Shown: positions 1-9,311, counted from the stretch's first letter. The stretch is DNA of 32,000 bases from Pyrodictium abyssi (GCF_036323395.1 NZ_AP028907.1:240001-272000); one strand, 5' to 3'. Made by a program: numbers and translations. Notes: generated by a model from the sequence alone, not told the origin.

Positions 1-195
1 GAGTATGTAGGGGCCCACGGTGCTTCCCCGCCCGCCCTCTATGACTAGTATCTTTCCAGCTATACTGCGGCCGTCTACGAGTGTGCCCTTCTCGGGGTCT
101 ACCTCCCCGTAGAAGGATAGCCGGCCCATGACCACCAGAGTTTCGCCAGCAGCACGGCCCTCTACGAGGCCGCGTAGCTCGAAGCGCTCCATCAT
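1..195 (-). CDS. Aconitase-X small subunit (DUF126), phosphomevalonate dehydratase small subunit; 3' part cut off by window edge
   Basis: Manual translation of the complement from 195: MMERFELRGLVEGRAAGETLVVMGRLSFYGEVDPEKGTLVDGRSIAGKILVIEGGRGSTVGPYIL. This is DUF126-like (swivelling domain, GRSIAGKILV..GRGST) and lies just downstream of the large subunit. Confidence 0.85.
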   Translation of the reverse strand, partial: MMERFELRGLVEGRAAGETLVVMGRLSFYGEVDPEKGTLVDGRSIAGKILVIEGGRGSTVGPYIL

Positions 196-222
196 CCCCG
201 GTCCCTCGACGCAGGTGAGCCA

Positions 223-1410
223 CTACACGCCGTATTTCTTCACGAAATCCTCTAGAGAGGAGAGCGCCACTCTGACGCCATGCCTCCGGGGCATGTAGAA
301 GGCTGTCTTGACCGAGTCGGTAGCTATCGCCCTGATGCCAGCCTTGCTGAGCGTGCTTACTACTAGACACGTCCCGGGGAGTACGTGTATGCCGCGTTCC
401 CTAAGCCCGGCTATGGCCTTGCGTAGGCTTCCCGCCGCACCGCCAGGTATAGCTATCCATATGGGGCGCCGAAGCCTGCTGACACCATACCTCTCCAGCA
501 CCTGGAGTATTTTGCTAACTGCACGCTTTGGGTGGTGCGGGCACCCGGTGAAGAATAGCTCTGCCTCATCTATGCCAGCTGTTTCTACCTCCTCGCGCGC
601 TGCCTCGATATCCCTGCGGTCCACGGCCACCTTTTCGACGCCCAGGGGCGGGCCCTGGTCCTCCGGCGAGACACCCTTTATGACGCACATCGCGGTACTT
701 CCTGAGGCCGCTGCAGCTGCGCATAGGGATACTACCTGCCACTTATCTAGAGGGTTTACGTCGATGTACGGTACTTCGCCGGAGAAGCGGCTACCAACTA
801 TATAGCCTAGGACTCCCGCAGCCAGCCCGTCTCTTATGCTGGCCTCGACTTTTACGAGCTTAGTGGGTCTACGGTTCTCGTCAAGGTGGAGCCCCCATAG
901 GTATGTTCTCCCGACAAGCGCCGCTGCTAGCGCTACTGGCCCGCCTTCCCGGTTTGTCCTAGCACCGTAGAGAGTGTTGGCTACTGCTACAGCGCTGGAC
1001 TCGCCCCATGCCAGGTGCTCGCCGGGACGCGGCTCGCGTAGCGTATACGGGATACACGTGCCGCTGGGCTCGAAGCCCATGCGTATTAGCGCATCTATTA
1101 TCCTCTTCTGCTTGCGCGCGTCCTCACTGGGCACCGTGTAGGGCGGCTCGACATCCCCCAGGGGGAATCCCGCGGGGTTAAATGTCGAGTAGACCGCGAC
1201 CCTCCCGCTGGCTGCTAGGGTCTCTATGAACTCTAGACCGTAGTCCCCTATGTTGCTGTATGATACCCCGCTCACGTGCACGTGTGATACTCTTACCAGG
1301 CGTTCTGCGCCAAGAGCCTCGCCGACACGTACTATGAGCTTCATTGCTAGCTGGCGTGATGGCCCCTCTTCCCCGGCTAGTATACGTTCTTCCTCGCGGG
1401 TAAGGTACAA
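223..1410 (-). CDS. Aconitase-X large subunit (DUF521), phosphomevalonate dehydratase large subunit
   Basis: 395 aa ORF with AcnX-like segments (STFNPAGFPLG, CIPYTLREPRPGEHLAWGESSAVAVANTLYGARTNREGGP, FTGCPH); adjacent to a DUF126 partner. Confidence 0.88.
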   Translation of the reverse strand: MYLTREEERILAGEEGPSRQLAMKLIVRVGEALGAERLVRVSHVHVSGVSYSNIGDYGLEFIETLAASGRVAVYSTFNPAGFPLGDVEPPYTVPSEDARKQKRIIDALIRMGFEPSGTCIPYTLREPRPGEHLAWGESSAVAVANTLYGARTNREGGPVALAAALVGRTYLWGLHLDENRRPTKLVKVEASIRDGLAAGVLGYIVGSRFSGEVPYIDVNPLDKWQVVSLCAAAAASGSTAMCVIKGVSPEDQGPPLGVEKVAVDRRDIEAAREEVETAGIDEAELFFTGCPHHPKRAVSKILQVLERYGVSRLRRPIWIAIPGGAAGSLRKAIAGLRERGIHVLPGTCLVVSTLSKAGIRAIATDSVKTAFYMPRRHGVRVALSSLEDFVKKYGV

Positions 1411-1413
1411 GGC

Positions 1414-2718
1414 CTAGCCTTGACCCCCAATGGTAGGCTTTACGTACTTGTCGCGGTCACGTATAGGCATTGTCGCGTCCACTAGGAGTTTGTATGTGAG
1501 CCCATCCTGGGCGCTTGGGTCTAGCGTAGAGCCGCGCGCAGCCGGTATAACTACGAGCCCGCGGTCAGCCTGTAGACGTGTAGCTATCGCCCACTCGACC
1601 TGCCTGGGGTCGTCGGGGTCTATGTCGCTATCCACTACTACCACGTGCTTGAGACTGGGGTGTGCAGCGAGGGCTGCTAGCCCTGCAGACTTGCCGTCAC
1701 CATCATGCTGCTTCTCGATAGAAACGACCGCGTGGAGCCACATACCGCCTGCTGGTGTTAGCCTTACCTTAGAGACCCCTGCTACTGCGCGCGAGACTGC
1801 CTCGTAGATCGCGGCCTCTCTCGGAAACCCCATGAGCATCATGTGCTCGTAACCGCCCGGGAGTATCACGTGCATATACGGCTTGTAGACCTTGTTCACG
1901 TAGATATGCTCTACATGGAGCACTGGCTCCTGGCGCACGTCGTCGTATAGCTGGAGGAGGTCTACGAACGGGCCTTCGCGTGCTCTATCTGGGCCGAGCC
2001 GCGCCTCCACCACCATGGAGGAGCCGCAGGGCACTGGCAAGTTGTAGCGCGGCGTGCGGCACACGGCTAGGCCTCCGAGCATACTGGCGGCGATGCCTAG
2101 CTCGAATACGCCGTAGGGAGGGCTTGTGGCCGCTGCGAGGAGTACACGCGGGTCTACGCCTATGACTACTGCTACTGGGAGCCCTTTTTCACCCGACTTT
2201 TTCAGCATACGGTATAGGTGCCTTGGCACAACACGGACTGCTGCATAGCTGCCATCGTCGCTCACCATTATTCTGTGTATAGATGCGTTGCATACATCCT
2301 CGCTACAAGCTATGAATACCGATGATGTGATATAGCGGCCTCCATCCCTATCGTAGAAGCGTAGAGCTGGTAGGAGAGAGAGCTCTCCCCCCACATGCTC
2401 GAAGTACTTACTGAATGCACGCTCTTCGAATTTTTGTTGGGGCGAGGAGCTGGCCTTGGATAGTACGGTGTAAGCTTCCCTGTCGTCCTTGGCGCCGAGC
2501 GCTCTGTATAGTGTCTCACGGTTGGCTATGAGGTTTGATATGAATGGCCAGTTGAACTCCTTCACCATGTACTCTACTATGCTGGAGCCGTCATACTGCT
2601 TTATAAACCGCGCAGCCTCGTAGCGTGCGTCAAGCGGGCTGGCAGCACTTACTATGCTGGCTCCCCGGCTCTGGACTATCTCTAGGTAGTTCTCGACGGA
2701 AGCCTCTATATTACGCAT
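1414..2718 (-). CDS. UbiD-family decarboxylase, probable anhydromevalonate phosphate decarboxylase
   Basis: 434 aa ORF with UbiD-like segments (GVDPRVLLAAATSPPYGVFELGIAA, EGPFVDLLQLYDDVRQEPVLHVEHIYVNK, VVVVDSDIDPDDPRQVEWAIATRLQADRGLVVIPAARGSTLDPS). Its position next to AcnX supports the specific role. Confidence 0.82.
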   Translation of the reverse strand: MRNIEASVENYLEIVQSRGASIVSAASPLDARYEAARFIKQYDGSSIVEYMVKEFNWPFISNLIANRETLYRALGAKDDREAYTVLSKASSSPQQKFEERAFSKYFEHVGGELSLLPALRFYDRDGGRYITSSVFIACSEDVCNASIHRIMVSDDGSYAAVRVVPRHLYRMLKKSGEKGLPVAVVIGVDPRVLLAAATSPPYGVFELGIAASMLGGLAVCRTPRYNLPVPCGSSMVVEARLGPDRAREGPFVDLLQLYDDVRQEPVLHVEHIYVNKVYKPYMHVILPGGYEHMMLMGFPREAAIYEAVSRAVAGVSKVRLTPAGGMWLHAVVSIEKQHDGDGKSAGLAALAAHPSLKHVVVVDSDIDPDDPRQVEWAIATRLQADRGLVVIPAARGSTLDPSAQDGLTYKLLVDATMPIRDRDKYVKPTIGGQG

Positions 2719-3989
2719 CTTAGGGGCCTCCCTGCTTCCTCGTAGTCCTCGTTGAGCCTTATGCCCCCGAGTACTAATCCCTTAACTTCCCCCGTGTAGG
2801 GCGTGGCTATCTTTGCAATCATTCTCTGGAGGTCTATGTCGCGTAGTATGCCCAGGGCTTTTTCCTCACCGTCAGGGCCTATAAGGGACACTAGCGCGTT
2901 CGCTACGAGATTCTTGTCCAGGATATATACCTGCTTTTGGTACATGGATGAAGCTTTTTCTAGGCCTGCGGGGTCTGGCTGGCCAAGTGTCACTACGTAG
3001 AGTGTATCGTAGGTCTCGCTCGCCGCCAGCACTGGTACGCGGAGAAGCTGCTGCAGCGTTCTCGCATGTTCTTCGGAGAGCGTGGCTCCGGAGAAGAAGC
3101 AGCTTCCGTAGACGGATACCTTGTCTAGCTCTATATCCCTTTCGTAGAGGGGCTCCAGGTATCTGCGGTAAGCCTGGCTGCGCAGACCTCTGCGTTCTTC
3201 GCGGTTCCTCTCCCTTCGGGCTGCTGGGCTCGGAAGGTAGGCTACACCGCACTTCTGTCCGGCGAACACGCCTTCAACCATGCGGTAGAGCTTCTCGTCC
3301 CCTACTACATACACCATATCTGCCGAAATATACCTAGCTATTTCCGCCTTATACTCGATTGAGTTTAGCCCCTGCACCCATCCATCGGTATCAACAACCA
3401 CGACGTCTACTCCTGCATTACGCAGCTTCATAACAAGCTCGACGACACCGGCTACTATCCTTCGCTCCGCGCGCTGGGGCGTAATATTGCCGACGAACCT
3501 CATGTACTCTGCGCGTAGCTCTCGTAGCCAGAGTATAGGCCTTCTCACCTCTGCTGCCGAGACACAGGCTGGTGGACCCACATCAGCCTGGCCCACATCA
3601 GCGTCTACTACGCCAGTCCGCAGCCCCCTGAGAATCGCGCGATTGGCTATTAGGGCCGATACACTTGACTTGCCGGCGTCCACGGGCCCTAGCACTATGA
3701 ACGTTCTACAGCCTCTACGGAGGGCATCGTCTACGCTCCGCACCCACGTGTCTACGACCTCTTCGCCTGGTGACGGCCTCTCTATGGAGCCTCCGTAGAC
3801 TACATCCATTTCTATACGCGACTCTACCAGCGCTTTCACGGCATAACTGCGGTACCTATGTACTTCGAACTCGTCTCCAGTGTTGAATACCGCGCCGAGA
3901 ACCATTACCTGGCCGTAGACTACACGCGCCTTTAGCGGCCCTTCAACTCGTACAATTTGCCCAGGCTCCAGGATGAGATGCACACGCAT
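2706..3989 (-). CDS. Clp1/Grc3/Nol9-type polynucleotide 5'-hydroxyl kinase
   Basis: 427 aa ORF with Walker A GPVDAGKSS, followed by DVDVGQADVGPP-like and VVVVDTDGWVQG segments typical of Clp1/Grc3 P-loop proteins. Overlaps the UbiD gene start. Confidence 0.78.
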   Translation of the reverse strand: MRVHLILEPGQIVRVEGPLKARVVYGQVMVLGAVFNTGDEFEVHRYRSYAVKALVESRIEMDVVYGGSIERPSPGEEVVDTWVRSVDDALRRGCRTFIVLGPVDAGKSSVSALIANRAILRGLRTGVVDADVGQADVGPPACVSAAEVRRPILWLRELRAEYMRFVGNITPQRAERRIVAGVVELVMKLRNAGVDVVVVDTDGWVQGLNSIEYKAEIARYISADMVYVVGDEKLYRMVEGVFAGQKCGVAYLPSPAARRERNREERRGLRSQAYRRYLEPLYERDIELDKVSVYGSCFFSGATLSEEHARTLQQLLRVPVLAASETYDTLYVVTLGQPDPAGLEKASSMYQKQVYILDKNLVANALVSLIGPDGEEKALGILRDIDLQRMIAKIATPYTGEVKGLVLGGIRLNEDYEEAGRPLRCVI

Positions 3990-4023
3990 ACTTTCTTGCC
4001 CCCGTTGCTGCCCAGCATACGAC

Positions 4024-4689
4024 CTAGTGCTGACCCCGCCGACGATGCCCGTTCATGTATACACGAAGCGCTATAGCCGCAGCCGCGCGGAGATCATCAC
4101 TGCCCAGCTTCTCAATACCTTTGATACCTAGCAGTGGTGTTCTGTTGGACCTATACTCGTCCACAAGGTATACCCTGGCATTACACGCCTCAAGCATCTC
4201 CATTATCTCCAGAGCACGGTCGAGAACAGCCGGCGATGAGCCTATAGCCACTGCTAGCTCTGGATGCCTTTTTGACGCGCTGCATATAGAGCTTATCAGC
4301 TGCTGCGAGTCCAGCGGCTCAAATCCGCTATAGATTACTGCTCCCGTGGAAAGCACTACGTAAGCAAGCCTCGAGGACCCTACATCAATACCTACTATAG
4401 CCTCGTAGACACGCCCTCTGATAGCCTTTACCACGTCAAGTAGATGTGTTATCAAGTTACCAGTATGCGTATCCACAACCAGCGTCCTATCACATGACTC
4501 GTTTACGCTTTCTACCGTGGAAGGATCGGCCACAACTAACGTGTTGCCACTACACGTTACCCGCCCATGGGGTATAGTGTAGCTTATACCCATGAGCCTG
4601 GCTAGCTCTACTAGCGCACCCGCTAACCCGGGCTGGCTAGTCCATATAACTATGTGCTGCCTCAAGGCTTCTGCTGGGACCTGCCCCAA
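4024..4689 (-). CDS. Conserved-looking protein of unknown function, possible RNase H/RuvC-YqgF-like fold
   Basis: 221 aa ORF (TTG start as called) containing AIVGIDVGSSRLAYVVLSTGAVIYSG and later VYLVDEYRSNRTPLL...GSDDLRAAAAIALRVY. The pattern resembles RuvC/YqgF-like domains; there is no clear family match by eye. Confidence 0.6.
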   Translation of the reverse strand: MGQVPAEALRQHIVIWTSQPGLAGALVELARLMGISYTIPHGRVTCSGNTLVVADPSTVESVNESCDRTLVVDTHTGNLITHLLDVVKAIRGRVYEAIVGIDVGSSRLAYVVLSTGAVIYSGFEPLDSQQLISSICSASKRHPELAVAIGSSPAVLDRALEIMEMLEACNARVYLVDEYRSNRTPLLGIKGIEKLGSDDLRAAAAIALRVYMNGHRRRGQH

Positions 4690-4724
4690 CCCGTGGTCCG
4701 GGTCCAGCGTCTCGGGGAGGATAT

Positions 4725-5315
4725 TTGCCTATCTGCCGCCGATTAGCCGAGGTGCTAGCCTGGCCCGGCGTTGTACTTGTGTATGGAGCTGCAGGCGTGG
4801 GCAAGACTACACTCGCGCTAGAGTTCATCAAGGACTATTGTAGCTCGAAGTGCCTCTTCGTGTCCACCGAGGGGCTGGAGTTCATACACCGCGCCGAGCA
4901 GATGAAGATAGATACTAGCAGGATTAACGTGTACGGGGCTTTGTGGCATACAGACTTCCTAGAACTATTAGCGCACATGAGCCTAGCCCTCTACGACGTA
5001 GTCGTAGTTGACAGTGTTAACGCGTTCGTGAGGCTTGACGCCCAGAAGGCATACGACGTTACACTATTGCTGAGCGCAGCGCTCTACAAGCTAAGTGAAG
5101 ACTATGGTGTACCCGTGGTGGAGACTGCGCAAGTACACAGTGTTGATGGCTCCTACGAGCCCGTCGCCATGAAGGGCTTAGCTATGTGGTCTCACAACAT
5201 TATAAGGCTTGACTACGTCTCGCCGGGGCATAGGAGATTAAGCGTAGAAAAGCCGGATGCTCTAGAGCTTGAGTTCCGCATAGGAGAGGGGGGAATAGAG
5301 TGGCTGAACTGCTAG
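4725..5315 (+). CDS. radB: RadB-like recombinase paralogue
   Basis: 196 aa ORF with Walker A YGAAGVGKTTLALEF, FVSTEGLEF, and Walker B YDVVVVDSVNAFVRL. Core-only size fits RadB. GGAGG lies just upstream of a TTG start. Confidence 0.75.
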   Translation: MPICRRLAEVLAWPGVVLVYGAAGVGKTTLALEFIKDYCSSKCLFVSTEGLEFIHRAEQMKIDTSRINVYGALWHTDFLELLAHMSLALYDVVVVDSVNAFVRLDAQKAYDVTLLLSAALYKLSEDYGVPVVETAQVHSVDGSYEPVAMKGLAMWSHNIIRLDYVSPGHRRLSVEKPDALELEFRIGEGGIEWLNC

Positions 5316-5806
5316 ACCCCTTTCACACCATCCTGGTGCTACTACCAGCGCTTATAGCTAACGGCTCTCCTGTTCTACTGAGCTACGGCGGGACACCGAT
5401 AGATGGGGGGCGGAAGTTCCTCGACGGCAGACCTATCCTAGGCCCAGGGAAGACCTGGGAGGGCTTGGCCATAGGGACTCTCTACGGCTCTATATTTGCT
5501 ACATTCCTATCATCCACGACGTGCTCGCTAACGATACTAAAGGGCGGTATAGCCGCGGCTATAGGCGCTCTTCTGGGGGACATGCTCGCTGCCTTTGTAA
5601 AGCGGAGAATAGGGCTGGAGCGTGGTGCGCCTGCACCAGTACTTGACCAGCTCGACTTCTATGCTGGAGCGCTACTGCTGCTTTATGCTGTCGGTATAGT
5701 GGTGCACCCATACACGGCTGTGCTCATGGCACCGCTGGTTCTAGCTCTACACCGCCTGACGAACATAGCCGCTAACAGGCTAAGGCTAAAACCGGTGCCA
5801 TGGTGA
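5300..5806 (+). CDS. carS: CDP-archaeol synthase (CarS, DUF46)
   Basis: 168 aa membrane protein with LLPALIANGSPVL, GGRKFLDGRPILGPGKTWEGLAIG and GDMLAAFVKRRIGLERGAPAPVLDQLDF motifs. Confidence 0.88.
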   Translation: MAELLDPFHTILVLLPALIANGSPVLLSYGGTPIDGGRKFLDGRPILGPGKTWEGLAIGTLYGSIFATFLSSTTCSLTILKGGIAAAIGALLGDMLAAFVKRRIGLERGAPAPVLDQLDFYAGALLLLYAVGIVVHPYTAVLMAPLVLALHRLTNIAANRLRLKPVPW

Positions 5807-5832
5807 GCCGGGAGCTGTTTTAAACATACGGG

Positions 5833-6033
5833 CTACTGTGTGCTAGCTGCCTCTTCGCCAGTATTTATCATGCCTGCTAGCATCTTCATCTTGTAGCGGT
5901 AGGCTACGTACTTGTCTTCTGGCGAGAACCGTGGCGGGTGTGGCACAGCTACGCTACCACCGCATAGAGGGCACTTATCACGCCTGAGCGTGTACCTACC
6001 ACATACGGTGCACCGCCTCATGAGCCAGCGCAT
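5833..6033 (-). CDS. nop10: Nop10, H/ACA RNP component
   Basis: 66 aa with CTVCGRYTLRRDKCPLCGGSVAVPHPPRFSPEDKYVAYRYKMK. Confidence 0.9.
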   Translation of the reverse strand: MRWLMRRCTVCGRYTLRRDKCPLCGGSVAVPHPPRFSPEDKYVAYRYKMKMLAGMINTGEEAASTQ

Positions 6034-6097
6034 AGTACACCGCCCTTACCAGCGACACGCACTCTACGCCACTGGATAAGAGAGGAGCTTGTAGGGG

Positions 6098-6904
6098 CTA
6101 GCGCTTCTCCCTAGTGAAGCTGAATATAACGCCAAGCTCCTTGGCCTTTGCCTCGCCCACTTCGAGCCCTTTTTCGAGCGCCTTCTCGAGCGTCTTATAG
6201 TCGTACGCGTCTAGCTCTAGTTTGTAGCGCGGCGCGCCAACAGTGTACAGTCTTACCTTGATATCCCTAGAGCTCTCTAGTATCGCCTCCTTCACGCTTA
6301 GTAAGACCTCTTTTATGCGCTCAACGCCATCGCCTGCAAAGCTTCTAGCCATTATAGTGCCGCCTATCTTTACCCTCTTGACCTCCACGTGACGCCTTAT
6401 CTCCTCTAGAAGCGGGCCCACCCAGTCCTCCGGGACACCAGCCTCTCTGAGTACATCCTCGCCGCGGATAGCGGCCTCCTCGAAAGCAGCCATTAGTTCT
6501 CCGTAGGCCTCTTCTAGCCGCCAGCCAACCTCCTCGTATGCCTGCTCTAGCGTCTTTCCAAGCTTCTGTGCCACTATCTCTAGTATCTTCTCGGCCTTCT
6601 GTGCCCTCTTCCACTCCATCATCTTACGGCGGCGCTCGTTGTCGTTTACGCGCTTCAGCGATACGTCTACCTGCTTACGCTTCCGGTTAACCCTGATAAC
6701 CTTGACTACTATCTTCTGGCCGGGCTTCACGACGTCATGGATGCTGCGAACCCAGCGCGAGGCAACCTCGCTCCAAGGCAGGTATGCCTCGAGTCCTCCA
6801 TACTCGTCTAGGTTGAGGTAGGCACCGTAGTCGTAGACCTCGCGTACGGTTGCAACCACGAGCTCGCCGACGTCGGGTAGCTCCTTCCTCTTTATGGGCA
6901 TCAC
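6098..6904 (-). CDS. eif2a: Translation initiation factor aIF2 subunit alpha
   Basis: 268 aa with S1 domain (GELVVATVREVYDYGAYLNLDEYGGLEAYLPWSEVASRWVRSIHDVVKPGQKIVVKVIRVNRKRKQVDVSLKRV) and aIF2-alpha-type C-terminus. Confidence 0.92.
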   Translation of the reverse strand: MMPIKRKELPDVGELVVATVREVYDYGAYLNLDEYGGLEAYLPWSEVASRWVRSIHDVVKPGQKIVVKVIRVNRKRKQVDVSLKRVNDNERRRKMMEWKRAQKAEKILEIVAQKLGKTLEQAYEEVGWRLEEAYGELMAAFEEAAIRGEDVLREAGVPEDWVGPLLEEIRRHVEVKRVKIGGTIMARSFAGDGVERIKEVLLSVKEAILESSRDIKVRLYTVGAPRYKLELDAYDYKTLEKALEKGLEVGEAKAKELGVIFSFTREKR

Positions 6905-6982
6905 GGCTCGCCTCCAGTTGTCCTAGCTCCTTTGACTACAACCCGGTATACAGTCCAAGCGGGCTTAGCCCAATTTATAGCT

Positions 6983-6990
6983 ACGAGAAG
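6983..6990 (-). promoter_or_regulatory. Candidate TATA box for aIF2-alpha transcription
   Basis: Minus-strand CTATAAATT in the 6905-7096 intergenic gap, leaving a leader of about 50 nt. Confidence 0.3.
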
Positions 6991-7096
6991 CTGGCCGCTG
7001 GCCCAAGAAGCCGTGGATAAACTGTGAAACCGAACCTTACGTATGGGAGGCCCAGCCACGGCTTGATAGTCTGCTACAAAAACGTGTCAGAGAGGG

Positions 7097-7297
7097 CTAG
7101 CCCAGTACGCGTACTACCTGGCCGGTTATCTTAGCCTTACCGCCAGTCGGCTCTACCAGCTGAGCACCGCAGACGAGGCAGCGGCTTGGGAACGTTGCGT
7201 GGCTGAATACTACCTGCTCGTTGCCGCAGACCGGGCAGCGTACTAGGAGGAACCTGCTCCGAGGCTGCGGTACCAGTATCTTCAGCTTCTTCACCAT
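7097..7297 (-). CDS. rps27e: 30S ribosomal protein S27e
   Basis: 66 aa with zinc ribbon [39 protein letters not shown]. Confidence 0.9.
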   Translation of the reverse strand: MVKKLKILVPQPRSRFLLVRCPVCGNEQVVFSHATFPSRCLVCGAQLVEPTGGKAKITGQVVRVLG

Positions 7298-7300
7298 ACG

Positions 7301-7585
7301 CTACCTCACCTCCACGAGCTCGACCTTCTTCAGCCTGATACCCCTACGGTGGAGTATGTAGCCACACTTCTGGCACTTGAGCTTCAGCACGACCTTCTTA
7401 GTTACCTTTGCAAAACGCTTCTGCTCGGGCTTCCTCTTGCTACCATAGCCTTCCTGCTTCCTGCGGTACCTGCGCTCACCCTCAGCCAGGCTGCGCCGCT
7501 TACCGTGCTTGTATATGGCCACTGAGTGCGGTGTGTGCGTCTTACACCGCGGACAATAGGTATTGATGACCTTTGGCACCCTCAT
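7301..7585 (-). CDS. rpl44e: 50S ribosomal protein L44e
   Basis: 94 aa [76 protein letters not shown]. Confidence 0.93.
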   Translation of the reverse strand: MRVPKVINTYCPRCKTHTPHSVAIYKHGKRRSLAEGERRYRRKQEGYGSKRKPEQKRFAKVTKKVVLKLKCQKCGYILHRRGIRLKKVELVEVR

Positions 7586-7677
7586 GACGCCGCACCGCCA
7601 CTCCTACCGGGGAATACCCGAAGAGGTTCCCCAGGCTTCCTAGCTTAAATGCTCTTCACAGCCCTGGAGACCCTATG

Positions 7678-8139
7678 TCACCCAGCTGTACTCCCAAGTT
7701 TTATCCCGGACTCAACGGGCTCCGCTATATCGGCTAGCACGAGCTTGGCTGCTTTCTCGGGCTCTATACAGACAACTGCACCAGGCCTAGCCACACCACC
7801 ACGCAGCCCTAGATGCCTTTTCAACACTACCGGCATGCATGCACTACCATACACTACCTCCCCCACAATGAGTCTCGAATACAGCTCCGCTTCAGCGACA
7901 CCTGCATCAGAAGCTTCTACAACAACGTCCCTTACTAGACGCTTCATCTCACCTACCATGTCTAGGTACCGGGCTACAACCGCTTCCTTCTTCAGGGTGC
8001 CACGGTCCAGCAGTGTCTGCGACAAGTACCTATGGAACTTGACGCCGCTGCTGAGTATCTCTTCCAGACGCCCCGTCTCTAGAACCTTCTTCAGCGCGTC
8101 CAGGAGCATAGATAACCCATACTCGTCACTAGTCGACAT
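7678..8139 (-). CDS. Probable GINS subunit (GINS15/Gins51-like)
   Basis: 153 aa ORF immediately downstream of priS and pcna. The same neighbourhood is known for gins15 in Sulfolobus. Helical N-terminus (SQTLLDRGTLKKEAVVARYLDMVGEMKRLVRDVVVEASD) is compatible, but sequence similarity by eye is weak. Confidence 0.5.
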   Translation of the reverse strand: MSTSDEYGLSMLLDALKKVLETGRLEEILSSGVKFHRYLSQTLLDRGTLKKEAVVARYLDMVGEMKRLVRDVVVEASDAGVAEAELYSRLIVGEVVYGSACMPVVLKRHLGLRGGVARPGAVVCIEPEKAAKLVLADIAEPVESGIKLGSTAG

Positions 8140-8153
8140 TCTCTGCTACACCC

Positions 8154-9311
8154 CTAGGCAACTATGGCTACACCCTTAGAGAGCAGATATACAGCTACTG
8201 GCGCCGGGAGCCTAGGTTTATCGCCCCTACGCAGTCTTATACGGTTGCCAAGCACTGTTACGCTAGTGGGCAGGTCGGCTACAACCTCTATACGTATAGG
8301 ATCATAGCCCGCAAACGGCGATAGCTGCTCGGATACGGAGAACTCGTAGACCTTCTCTAGCTCTAGGGGGATCACAGGAAGCCCTGTCTTACCGTTAATG
8401 CTCCAGGGTGCTCTAATCAGTCTGCGAGTATCCACAGTGACTTGTTCATCGATCTCTACACCCAGGAGTTCGCGGGCCTTAGCCTCCAGGTCTGCAAAGA
8501 GTTGCCGATACTCCTCATAGCCTATAGGCTCGCGGCTTGTGAGGAGCCGTACGAGATCGTGGCGTCCGGTGGCCTCGGCTAGTCTGTACATTATGCGGGC
8601 TAGCCTTCCCCGTGCCCCCGCTAGACTTGTGCTTGGTGGCAGCGGTGATGGCTTACCTCTCCTCAGACTCAGCGTACGCCAAGGCTCCAACACGTCTTCC
8701 GACAGCCCTATTGCCTTTATGTAGTTGACTAGCTCGCGCCTAACGTCGGGCCCTGCTCTAGCAAGTTCATCAGTGTCCTGCAGGTATACGGTTACATGGA
8801 ACCCACGATGCCCGGAGAACTCTATTGCAAGCCGCTTTTCCTCGATGCCAAGTTCCTCAACCAGTATGTCCCATAGCACGATGCACCGCAGTGCCGCAAA
8901 CTTGATGCACTTCTCATCGATGAACGACGCCTTCTCGCCTACCGGTGTATCAACCTCGATAACCATTCCAGAGCATTCTGGCAGGTGGTCGGCGTCTATG
9001 TCGAATACTAGGTCTGCTGAGCGCCAGCCCTTAGCATCCATATCATCTATTCCTGGCTGGTCGTAGCGCGCAGAAGAGTAGTAGAAATGCCTAGGCGCCT
9101 TTTCTACGAGAAACTTCTTGATCTCGGTGACGCTGTGAAAAGATAGATGGCGTATATAGCTTCTACCGGTCCACGTCTGTGCAGCGAACTCCCTTAGCAT
9201 AAAGTCGGGGGGCACACTAGGCTCGTGTTTCTCGTAGTACTCACGGGTAAGTCTTTCAAGGAACCTCTTAGTCCTCATTACGCGGCTCTGTATACCATGG
9301 CTACTCGGCAT
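8154..9311 (-). CDS. priS: DNA primase small (catalytic) subunit PriS
   Basis: 385 aa with LVFDIDADHLP, SGHRGFHVTVY and TRRLIRAPWSINGKTGLPV motifs. Confidence 0.93.
   Translation of the reverse strand: MPSSHGIQSRVMRTKRFLERLTREYYEKHEPSVPPDFMLREFAAQTWTGRSYIRHLSFHSVTEIKKFLVEKAPRHFYYSSARYDQPGIDDMDAKGWRSADLVFDIDADHLPECSGMVIEVDTPVGEKASFIDEKCIKFAALRCIVLWDILVEELGIEEKRLAIEFSGHRGFHVTVYLQDTDELARAGPDVRRELVNYIKAIGLSEDVLEPWRTLSLRRGKPSPLPPSTSLAGARGRLARIMYRLAEATGRHDLVRLLTSREPIGYEEYRQLFADLEAKARELLGVEIDEQVTVDTRRLIRAPWSINGKTGLPVIPLELEKVYEFSVSEQLSPFAGYDPIRIEVVADLPTSVTVLGNRIRLRRGDKPRLPAPVAVYLLSKGVAIVA

Noticed and set aside
308-805. 165 aa plus-strand ORF
   Set aside because: Antisense to the well-supported AcnX large subunit; low-complexity, Ser/Thr/Arg-rich translation typical of a shadow ORF.
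6905-7096. C/D-box or other small RNA in the aIF2-alpha/S27e gap
   Set aside because: No RTGATGA...CTGA arrangement found; the gap is adequately explained by a TATA element and leader.
8539-9066. Plus-strand ORFs of 61 and 113 aa
   Set aside because: Antisense to priS, with no domain character.
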